From Lingula anatina (Eukaryota; Animalia; Brachiopoda): a DNA stretch of 64,000 nt. Of this stretch, positions 53,691 to 63,442 are shown in pieces. Each line of letters begins with the position of its first letter. Within the stretch, counting starts at the first letter, position 1. The stretch spans positions 37,640,401-37,704,400 of the forward strand of contig CM120641.1 in assembly GCA_051362555.1 (NCBI GenBank), read 5' to 3'. The notes under the pieces were generated by a model. That model was not told the origin of the DNA. It did no database searches and saw nothing but the letters and a program-made list of their open reading frames with translations. The position numbers and the translations under genes were made by a program.

Positions 53691-56600
53691 GCCTCCTTAA
53701 CTAAAAAAAACAATATAATGATTCATTAGTTATAACTTCTACTTTTAAAATGTATCAATTTTAGAGTGATATATTTACTATCAATCAATGTTTGTGATAG
53801 CTTATTACAAAGTTATCAAACTGATAATCGTAAAGAAATCTTTAATCGTCTTTCTTGTATACTTATATATTGCACACTTCACTCCAAGCAAGTAGTGAAA
53901 ATATTTCTTCAATGTTTGACCAGTGTATACTTCAGTGCACACAGTAAATAGACAATTATCAAATCCTTGCTCGTGCTCTCCCCAATCAAACCTGCTGCTT
54001 ACCCTTTACTTGTACGGTAATTTTGAGTGGATGGCTTTGATGCATCAGAGGTATCAAACACTGTGGAACGTGCCAGCTACAACACATGACAAATCATGCA
54101 CATCATGGGAACTACACAGACCAATAACAGTGCATGTGCTCAAGACATTCACACAAGAGCTGAGAACGTAAGCAGTGCCAGAGTAAACCCACATTTGTGG
54201 CACTGATAATACTCAAAGTATAATTCTCAAAAGTACTATTGTGAACTCACAATAGCATGAGTGTGAATCCACAATAGTACCAATGTGAACTCACAATAGT
54301 ACGAGTGCAAACTGAACTGTGAAGAGAAACAGAATCTTAATGAACACTTAAATGCAACCAAGCAAACGTGAAAAATGCCATTAGTATAGAGTGTGGCAGA
54401 GTAAGGCTTCGTTCACATGCAATGTCTATTTTCTATTTTCTATTTTCTATTTTCGGTATGTCTTATGATCACGGTCTGTGCACTGAATATCCCGCCGCGT
54501 AATTACTGGCAGCGCGAGCCAGTTACTTAAAGTAACTTATAGTAACTGGCTCGCGCTGCCAGTAATTACGCCGCGGGATATTCAGTGCACAGACCGTGAT
54601 CATAAGACATACCGAAAATAGAAAATAGAAAATAGAAAATAGACATTGCATGTGAACGAAGCCTAACACTGCAAGAATTTCAACTAAAACTTTGTTACAG
54701 ACTTCTAAGAAAAAGAAATTGCTGAAAAAAGCAAGGGCAACTCAATAAGTTAGACACTTCAAAAGATACAGAAAGTTAAAAAAAAACAAATTAAAACAGT
54801 CTCTGTTATATATTAAATCAGAAGGGATTATAAGACAAGTGTTAGCTATCCCATTGTGCATAAAATATTGCCAAGTTATTTCATGTCTGACTTAAACAAA
54901 AAATGCCACTTCCAGGCAGCTCTCATTTCATGATGGTTTTACCATTTCTGAAGCACAGATATGCACCTCCTACATAACAGTTAAAATCTAGGAAAATGAC
55001 CAGAAAGTTTAACAAAGTTTAAAAGATAAGAATCAAATCTGTACTCAGTAAGACCAACTGCACAGTTAGACTATTAATTTTACCTTTTACTAGTTCTATA
55101 CTGTACCCTTCCATGTTTATGAAACACACCCGAAACGGCAAGCTAAAACAGAATCACATGGCACATGACATTCAAAATGTCTATGAGGGCAAACTGTTTA
55201 CTATACAGACAATATGTCTGCCATCCAGGAACTTCTCTAATAGGATATATAGTTGATAACATTATTGGGGTAAGGGAAGGGAAAAAGCTGGGTATTTATA
55301 ATTCTGATATGTGTAGAGGGAATATAACAAATAGAAAACATATCTAGAGAGTAGAAACTCACAAAAAATAACAACAAAAATCTTCCTGCTGATCTTCAAA
55401 AATCACTTTTACATATTTGTCCCTAACCTAAATGTGGGTCAAGAACAACAAACCTAAAAACCCTGAGTAGTTTAAAATCCAACCATTCAAATTAATACTT
55501 TTATATATTCCATACATTGCTTATAAAATTTTGCTTACATAAGAATGAGTATTTTACATTTGTGAGTAGAATATAGAAAATTACATTTTCAGTTCACAGA
55601 GGGTTACATTCACAGATCTATTAAAGCTACTGGGCTTGAGTGTATTGAGGCATTAGGGAAGCAGTGGTATTATACCTTTCATAATCCGAATTTAATATGA
55701 AAAGGTATTACAAAAGATCAAGGGTTGCTCAGAGATAAGCATATCTGTGCTACATACCATCTTACGTACATTTTCCTGAAAGCCTGCCACCAACAAAACA
55801 TAAGTCTTCAACCCATTATATCCAAGATTAAACAAAATAAATGGTTGGTTAAGAAAAATTGTAAGAATTATAAAAAACAATGAAACAAAAATTCGTTTTA
55901 AAAAAGAAGTAGAAAAAAGTAAAAGAAAGGAAAAAAATGTGCATTTCATCTTCTGATTGACTGCAAATGCTATGGAAGTGTCTCCACTCAATTGATAGAA
56001 CAATGAAGTTCAAAAGAACAGCACTTGCTGCAATATCAACTTAAGCTGCCATTCAAATTCAGAAAAAAAATGTTACAGACAAAAACAAAAATGTAGCTTT
56101 TGCCTTTAAAAAAACACCTAAACAACAACCAATTTTAACTCGAGTTAGACAGACACATTGGGGAACATAACGTAAACCTTTACCACCTGGCACCAGAAAT
56201 TCAACATTAACTGACGCTAAACAACCCAATCATGAACCAAGCTTGGACAACATCACCAATTACCAAAACCTTTGGGGGAAAAGCAGTCATAAGTTTTAGG
56301 AGTGAACTTTGTCATTCTCAGGGAAACAGTATGGTTATTAGTAAACATGCTAACAGATGAGTCACATGTCTACACAAAACATAAAAATTGATGAAATATA
56401 CAAGCAACACTTTACCTTTTACTTATGCGGTAAAATGCAGGCTCGTAACGACCTGTTTGGAGATTCATTGCAGTTGCCCGAGCAAGCTGTAAAAACACAA
56501 AGGAAGGAAAGAAAAATTGAAACAGAAAATTAAAAGCATTACCCAAGATCAGAAGCTATACTCTGATCAACCCAGATATGCAGAACGAAATATATAACTG

Positions 56601-59600
56601 TAAAACCTGAAAAGGCTGACCCAGATGAGGCACAAAGCTGAAACAGAAATATAAGATGGTATGACCCATGTGGGATTAAGCTGGTCACGAGCAAGGATGG
56701 GCGTGGAGTATCAATCATTTTCTTTCATTTTTTCCCCAAAAAAAATTCTATTTTTCTTTGTTACCTTTTACTTATTCTGTACTTGGCAGGTTCAAGTTGA
56801 AGAGTTTGGGGATTTTGAACAGTGGCTCGAATTAACTGCAAAACATATTTTGATTAAAATGTCAACTATAAAAAATAAACCCGCACAAATAATGATAATA
56901 TGAGGCATGCACAGTAGATATTTCAGGCATTAAAATACGATTCAAGAGTATCATGGTTTCCACCTAAATTGGGACTTTTATTCCATGCACATGCCATCCC
57001 ATGCTTTTTAAACAATCCAAATCACAAAACTATCTCCATCTTAAACTGAAGAACACAACTTCCTCTATCTTATATTTCATGCACACAGCCTTCCTGGTCT
57101 GAAACTATGAAGCTCTCCTTTACCTTTTACTTATTCTATAGAATGCAGGTTCCAGTTGTCCTGTATATACATTTTGTACTGTAGCACGTTTAAGCTGAAA
57201 TGCACACATTCTATGTGAAACTACAAAGAATTTGAGATAAAATAAAAAATAGAGGGTTAAGCAATAACAACAGTAAAACAAAACATATCATTATAGCCAA
57301 TAAAGAGAGTGCAAGAGAACATGCAATTCACAAAGAATATTTACACTATAAGTAACAAATATCTCTATTTCAATTCATGCATTTCATATCTTTCTGCAAT
57401 ATAAAATTTCATAATAAATGTTATCTCAGCCCCAATGACATGTTATCCAAATTCCAATTAAATCAAACAAAAGAAAACATTTCTACAGAGCAGCACTCAT
57501 TGTGTAAATATTTCAAATAAACCCAACTAGCAATGGATGAATTGAATAGAGACAATTCTAAAGTGGTAATAGATTAACAGTTGAATAAAAGCTTGCTGAT
57601 AGAATTTTAAGAAAACAAAAGTGTGACAAAAAATTGTGCATGTTGATTACATTAAAGCATACAATTCAATTTTCATCACGCAAATGAATTTAATGAAATC
57701 AAGTAAGAAACAAACAATTGTTGCTTTATCAAAACACATATATTTTGATGATCATTTTTACAAACATGCATTACTCCGAATAAAAATGACTTACATTTCT
57801 GATGCAACAATTCGGCTCAAACAGTCAATTTTATCCAAATATTTAACTATACTTTTGATAGTATTTATAATAAGCTACATGCATAACACCCATTAAAACA
57901 TGCAACAAGACAAAGAGTAAAATGTCAAGTCATTGATCCACTAGCTGGTTTCAGTATGTGCCACAGCATTGCTTAATATACACCAGCAAAATTCAGTTCG
58001 AGGTCTTTCTACATGCCTTTATATAAATATATATATTACATGGATACCTTTATATAAATATATAACCATGCACATGCATACATGTGGATCATAGCAACTC
58101 GGCCATTACAGGTCTTATTCACTGACCTAAATTTTGCTTTCAGATTTTGTTTGTTGAATATTTTTTCAGGGTGGAAACGATGTATAAATGAATAAATAAA
58201 TCATTCATTTTTATTACATGAATGCTTACCTTAGGTGCAGCAAGCCTTTTTATTGTCTCTATTTCAAAATCTGAGAGCATGTTATGATAAAACAAAATCC
58301 TTGGATCCAAGAATGCCTCCTCTTCCTTCAGAGGCCGTAATAACAGATTAGGACGATTGTTGTGTGTGTAACGGCATTTCAGCTTGTGTTTGTTGGGATC
58401 AGGCTGAAAAAAATTATCAGATTCCAAAAATATTTCAACAGAAAAAAATTCATTAAAAAACCAACTGAAAAAAATCACCAATAACCATATTGAAATAACT
58501 AGAGCTAGCCTGCAAATCTCATTTTTGCATTTCATCTCTAATAACAACATTCGAGACAATATGACAGCAGTTCATGAATCACAATGACCAAATTTTCCTA
58601 CATGTTAACTTGATATTTGTCATTTTTATGAAAAAACATTAAACACTTCAATGCAAGAAAAAAATTATGTGAAATCACATTTACAGTAAAGGAAACAGCT
58701 ACCAATAATCATTTGCATAAACACCTACAATGATATCCTCTCCTCTACAAAGAGCTTCATACTGCTTGAATTCTTGACCCTTTCTGTAATCATCAAGAAG
58801 TCGCTGGTTTTGAATTTCTGGCAAATCTTCCTCTTCTCCGCGCTTTTTTTCCTGATCAGCCGTCTCCAGCAGTTTTTCATAATAGCGTAAATTATTGACG
58901 GCTCTTGGATGATTGGGATCTGACATAAACAGAGAGTTTAGTTAAATGCAGCAATTTGACCCCAAAACAAAACATCATCTGGCAATATTAAAAGGGTATT
59001 TTTGACTCAAATCAATTCATTTGCCACACTGTGGACATAAATATCTTTACACAAATAATGGACACTACCACATGATAACTAATCCACTAATCATGTAGTT
59101 CATGACAAAAGAATGTATCAGATTGATTAACTCAGTCATCAATGTAATTAAGGTAAAGTAAACATAATTTCCCCTAATTGATATTTCCTTGTATGATTAC
59201 TTTTTTGTATATAATTGGATGGAATTCTTGTTTACGTCGACATGTTTACTTCATTCCAAGTGGAACAATTTAGAAAACAAAAAAATGTTTCAAAAAAATT
59301 AAGATGTGTTACATATACTACTAACCTAAAATAAAAGATGTCAATATGTGAAAATTAGAAAACATGCTAATTGAAATTAATAACTGCAAAAGACATAAAA
59401 AGCTTGAAGCTGATAACCTTCAAAATGCCCATAAAAAGCATAAAAGATATGAAGTCATAATTTAATACTAAGGAAAAAATAAACTTTTTTGATTCGATCC
59501 AAAAACTAAACCAAAAGAAAAGTTGTTACACTAAACCCAAACAATACATCAGAAATTGTTTTATAAATTGACATGAAAGTTTAAAAAAAAAAAAAAAAAA

Positions 59601-62600
59601 AAAAAAACAGGAGTAACTTTTGGATACTAAGCTGGAGTTAACTTCTGCTTGTTCTAGATGGTGCACAATTGTAACTCAGGTCAGTGTGTTCTTAGTCATT
59701 TTGTTTGAAAAGACATGCTTTGGTTATACAACTTGATGATAAATAAGTCAATTTATTTAAAAAAAAAGAGGAACAAAATTGAAGACTGTAGATATTTGTG
59801 TGCAGATTGAAAATTATAATGTGTTCAGTTTTAAAAGTCAAATAGAATTCTGAGCACTGAAATAAAGAACAGAAAACAGAGAAAGCAATTCACTTTTAAA
59901 AGTCAAGCACAACTGGATTTCAGAAATGAACACAGTGAAAGTGAACAGATGCCCCTGACCATGAGAGAGCTGCATACCACATCACACAAAAGTTTTGTCA
60001 TCACAAACTTTTCCTTGCTTACCAAGTTCTAACAGTTGTTTGGTGAGCTTGCGTGCATGCTCAACATTGCCTTGCTGTAAAATATATAAATATACATTCA
60101 TTTAAACATTGTAACTCTTATAAAATGTTGATCTTACCTATCTTAAGAAGATCTTGAGTAAGTAAATAAGCATGGCGGATATTCCCTTGCTGTAAAAAAG
60201 GTGAACATAGAATTCAAAGAAGAAGGAGAGAAGGAAAGATGAAAGGAAGAAAAATTATAATAAAACTAATACTTTTTTTACAAAACTGAACTGTTAAAGA
60301 ATATTTTCAAGTATCATTAATAAACACTAACAATGACTTTGATGAACAGGAAAAATGTACTGAAGAACAGTTAACATTTATCAGGAAGTACTGTAAACAT
60401 TAAATATGGCAATAAAGCATTTATCAAGAATCTAAAACGACCATAGACCAAAGCTGGGATTCTAATTCTAACATTCCTTTCCCAAGACCAATTTTCTCAA
60501 TAACTGATTAACACACACACAAACACACACACTTTTTAGTCAATGTACACTACTTATTTTTGTGTCTAGCGTGAGATAAATAAATCTTAATGAAATCTTT
60601 TCAAGTAACATTGGAACCATGGGATACTGATCTTTTACATTAAATTAATAAAACTGAAACCAAGTATTGAAATATTTCAAATTCAACACAACGCAAGAAA
60701 AAGAAAGTCCATTCAACCCAAGTTTTGCTGCAAGAGCAAGAACCCTATCTTTCTTTTTTCTCTCTTTCAGGGATCTGCTGTAAATATTTCTATCTACCTG
60801 CTCATGCCATGGCAGATGTTTGGGGATTTAAATCAGGTTTTTAAAAGCATGACACCAGGGACACAACCAATGCAACCAAGCACATGATATGTTACACATC
60901 TCTGCATAAAGATTCATGAATCCCAAACCAATCATGTCCAAACCAATCATGTCAGTATGAGATATACAACACACCCATAAATAACTTTCAAATATATATA
61001 ACTGGCAGCTATATCTTATAGCAGCATTAGACAAATAATGTTTATGTAAGTAGCAACTAGGATCTTAAAAGCATAACATAAGTTTGCTAATTATTCATAA
61101 TACTTTGACAGCTAAATCTAAATACTTGCACCCCAAACATAGTACCATTGTGAGAGCATATGCCAGATAGTCCATAATCTCCCCCATGCCGACAGTTTTA
61201 ACTTCCTCTTTATGCCAGATAGCCAGGGCCTGCTGCATCCAGTTCACCGTGTGGTACCAGTTCCCCTCAGTGTAGGCATACTTGCCCAGTACAAAACATT
61301 CCTCCGCTAAAAACACACACACACACCATAGAGAAATAATGGGTTGGATATCTCCGACCTGTTTTATTTTACAACAATTAGTTGGTGCTTGCATGCTATC
61401 TTCCTTAAACTCTATGACAATTTCATAACTTTGTTCAAGCAGTATTGTTTTTGGAATATATGTACCAGGAGCATGTTGCACCTTCGCTGAAGTCAGGTTA
61501 TCTTGGTTTGATTAATGCATGGTACTGTTAGTCGGTGCTCGCATGCTAAATTCTCATCCCTGCATTCTTATAATGCTATTAATGGCAAAGGGCAATTTTT
61601 CTTCAGGACAAAGGTCTCAATGTAAGAGTTCATTTGTGTACAGAGCAACATTGTGTCAGACACCAACAAAACAATCTGGAATTTTCTATATCCAAGCCAA
61701 TGTATAAGCAGGCAGCAGACCTGTGCATCCATATCACTGGTTGCTCCACCCACTTTGTTTTTTTTATTCAAATTCTTGATTAAATACCAATAATTCCTGG
61801 TACATGGGACACGGTCTGTATGGCCTTACTAGGGTTACATGCACATTGCTATAAGACACTTTTTATCATATAACTGTAGTTTTCTCTTCAAGGGTGTTTC
61901 ATGCAAAGGCATTCCACATCTCACATTCTTGAACACACAAACACACACAGTCATATACATGTGATGACATGCAACATGGTTTTGCTGTTAAGTGCTTACC
62001 CTATATAGTGAATAGGCAAGGTAATCTATTGTCAAAGCTCGGTCAGCTGTTTTGTTAACTTCTGTATCAAGTGTGTTTAATGCCTCCTCCATCCATAAAA
62101 TACAGTGATAATAATCTCCAGCATTGTAGGCAGTTCTGCCCAATTCAAAGCAATCCTCAGCTGAAACAAAACACACAAACAAGATAGGCACCAAGCAGTT
62201 AGTACTAAACAACTAATAAATACATCAACCAGGCCTGTAGACAAGCAATTTTAAGGGGGAGGGGAAGGTGGTTCTTTATCCGAAAAGGTAAACCTTTTTG
62301 TGTGTTCACAGAAGCTAAATCAAAATTTGATTCCGAGTGGACCCTTTTCCAACCAAAAAGGCAATCTGTTCCAACCCCCCCCCCCCCCCTTTGCCTAAGG
62401 GCCTGTCAACTAAGCTACAATATCTGTGTGCATACTAAATGGCAAGCTCCAGGGATCAAGCATTGGTTTGTTAATATTCAACCCACAATCGTATTCTGAA
62501 ATCAAAGCTACTTTTTTAATCTGAAATCAATGTCTAATGAAGTAAAGGACTTGGTAGGCCATAAAGCAATACTGAAGTACTAGTAAATATGTAACTTGAA

Positions 62601-63442
62601 CATTTACAGTATGTTTAGATAACTGGAATTATTAATTAAACATTTACAAATTTTATAAACAAAATGATAATTAATACCACTGAATCTGCCCTGGAAACGA
62701 AGTGAATTTTTACCCTACAAATCAAATCACCAAGTTCACAAATTATTTGATCAAATATTATCTAGAATTTGAAAACAGCTTCCTAGCAGAAAGAACTTAT
62801 GGGTAAGACTTACCTGTCATTTCTGGAGAGTTCTTGACTCCCTGCAGTTCCCCCTTGGCAATCTGAGCAGTTGGGAGGTTGTAAGTGTCCTGTAACCTCA
62901 GCAGGGCAGTTGCAGCCCCCTCGAAGTCTTCTTGCACTGGGAACTCAGACCCTCTATTGTGAAGCCGAGCAATTAAATCTGAAAATCATATATAAAATGC
63001 AAATAGTAAAAGATTTCACATAATGGAGTGTACACCTCTATTGTCAGGACTTCTGGTCACCCTTGGTTTGACATTCACACTTTGATTCTGAGTTTTTAGC
63101 CTTAAACACTTTTGCTCTAAAACTAATGAATAAGTATAGGAGGTCGATTTCTTTTTCTTCAGAGTGTGAACATATGTTTAAATGTGTGCACCTAGATTTT
63201 TCGACATTAAGTGATCACAGGCCATGCCACATGTAAGAAGACTGAATTATCATAACGGTGAGCAACAAAAGGTTACATAATCAGTCTTACCTGTGGAATT
63301 AGCTTTAACAAGTCCATCTACAATTCTTTCCCAGTCTATTGTGAACCTTTTCACTAACAAGTATGCATTCACTGGGTTGCCCAAATGCTTTTCTATATCA
63401 CTCAAAGCTTCTTGACTATGCCGCTCATAGTCTTCTGCAACT
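48024..63442 (-). CDS. P4HA: Prolyl 4-hydroxylase alpha subunit (P4HA-C), 5'-partial (first coding exon outside the window). Constitutive exons: 63442-63291, 62978-62814, 58919-58729, 58403-58230, 52740-52641, 50480-50427, 48845-48777, 48464-48368, 48094-48024; plus alternative clusters 4a/b, 5a/b, 8a-e, 11a/b
   Basis: GNPVNAY, ALLRLQDTY, DPNHPRA..N..YYE, YEALCRG, SAWL, VANYGIGGHYEPHFD, GGATVF, TRHAACPVLVGQKW, SNKWIHERG; intron positions and phases match P4HA-A and P4HA-B. Confidence 0.95.
49581..49643 (-). CDS. P4HA-C alternative exon 11b (KQEETAFDYIHGNRIATWLNY), 63 nt
   Basis: tttag acceptor, gtgagt donor; homologous to 11a. Confidence 0.9.
50040..50102 (-). CDS. P4HA-C alternative exon 11a (KDESSAFDTRVGNRIATLLNY), 63 nt
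   Basis: ttcag acceptor, gtaagt donor; GNRIAT motif. Confidence 0.9.
50554..51245. repeat. Intronic tandem duplication of a ~340-bp unit (50554-50890, 50891-51245)
   Basis: Both units start GTGAAAAATTAAATTTTCACAAAAAACTG and end CCTTGAAAATGCCA; highly similar by eye. Confidence 0.9.
51248..52193 (-). mobile_element. Non-autonomous Helentron-like (HINE-type) element with internal ~130-bp tandem repeats
   Basis: On the minus strand: T-run, 14-bp hairpin TATGTACAGACACA/TGTGTCTGTACATA (52160-52189), a GC-rich CGTCGGCGC microrepeat, about three repeats containing TGCTGATTTTCGAACT (51640-52105), and a CTTGTT end. The left boundary is uncertain. Confidence 0.6.
52364..52578. mobile_element. PIF/Harbinger-like MITE with imperfect TIRs
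   Basis: TAA on both flanks; imperfect TIRs sharing CCAGAG..TTAGATCGATCTA. Confidence 0.6.
53641..53686. repeat. (TA)n microsatellite
   Basis: Directly visible. Confidence 0.9.
54003..54076 (-). CDS. P4HA-C alternative exon 8e (LARSTVFDTSDASKPSTQNYRTSKG), 74 nt
   Basis: ttgtag acceptor, gtaagc donor, phase 0 to 2 like the other exon-8 copies, open frame, YRTSK motif. Confidence 0.8.
54405..54663. mobile_element. Palindromic PIF/Harbinger-type MITE, 259 bp, TAA TSD
   Basis: 123-bp inverted arms (54405-54527 / 54541-54663) with one mismatch; GGC...GCC termini; TAA on both flanks. Confidence 0.88.
55084..55142 (-). CDS. P4HA-C alternative exon 8d (LAVSGVFHKHGRVQYRTSKS), 59 nt
   Basis: ttttag acceptor, gtaaaa donor, phase 0 to 2, exactly 12 nt shorter than 8a-c, YRTSK motif. 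Confidence 0.75.
56416..56486 (-). CDS. P4HA-C alternative exon 8c (LARATAMNLQTGRYEPAFYRISKS), 71 nt
   Basis: ttacag acceptor, gtaaag donor, RAT...YRISK motif. Confidence 0.9.
56765..56835 (-). CDS. P4HA-C alternative exon 8b (LIRATVQNPQTLQLEPAKYRISKS), 71 nt
   Basis: ttgcag acceptor, gtaaca donor. Confidence 0.9.
57124..57194 (-). CDS. P4HA-C alternative exon 8a (LKRATVQNVYTGQLEPAFYRISKS), 71 nt
   Basis: tttcag acceptor, gtaaag donor. Confidence 0.9.
60023..60074 (-). CDS. P4HA-C alternative exon 5b (QGNVEHARKLTKQLLEL), 52 nt
   Basis: ttacag acceptor, gtaagc donor; same length as exon 5 of the paralogues. Confidence 0.88.
60138..60189 (-). CDS. P4HA-C alternative exon 5a (QGNIRHAYLLTQDLLKI), 52 nt
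   Basis: ttacag acceptor, gtaaga donor. Confidence 0.88.
61146..61306 (-). CDS. P4HA-C alternative exon 4b (AEECFVLGKYAYTEGNWYHTVNWMQQAL...DYLAYALTM), 161 nt
   Basis: ttttag acceptor, gtacta donor, open frame, TPR peptide-substrate-binding helices. Confidence 0.9.
62000..62160 (-). CDS. P4HA-C alternative exon 4a (AEDCFELGRTAYNAGDYYHCILWMEEAL...DYLAYSLYR), 161 nt
   Basis: tttcag acceptor, gtaagc donor, canonical P4HA TPR sequence. Confidence 0.92.
62230..62405. mobile_element. MITE (family A, copy 3, diverged)
   Basis: CAGGCCTGTAG...CTAAGGGCCTG termini, internal similarity to 19905-20066, TCAAC on both flanks. Confidence 0.7.

Noticed and set aside
54238-54305. Three ~22-bp GTGAACTCACAATAG repeats, superficially CRISPR-like
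   Set aside because: Eukaryotic intron with no unique spacers of CRISPR length and no cas genes; a simple minisatellite.
55675-55745. Possible sixth exon-8 copy ending ...GAAAG|GTATA
   Set aside because: Stops in the required frame and no proper acceptor.
57795-57846. AG...GTAAGT-bounded 52-nt segment faintly resembling another exon-8 copy
   Set aside because: In-frame stop, wrong phase and only marginal similarity; at most a decayed pseudo-exon.
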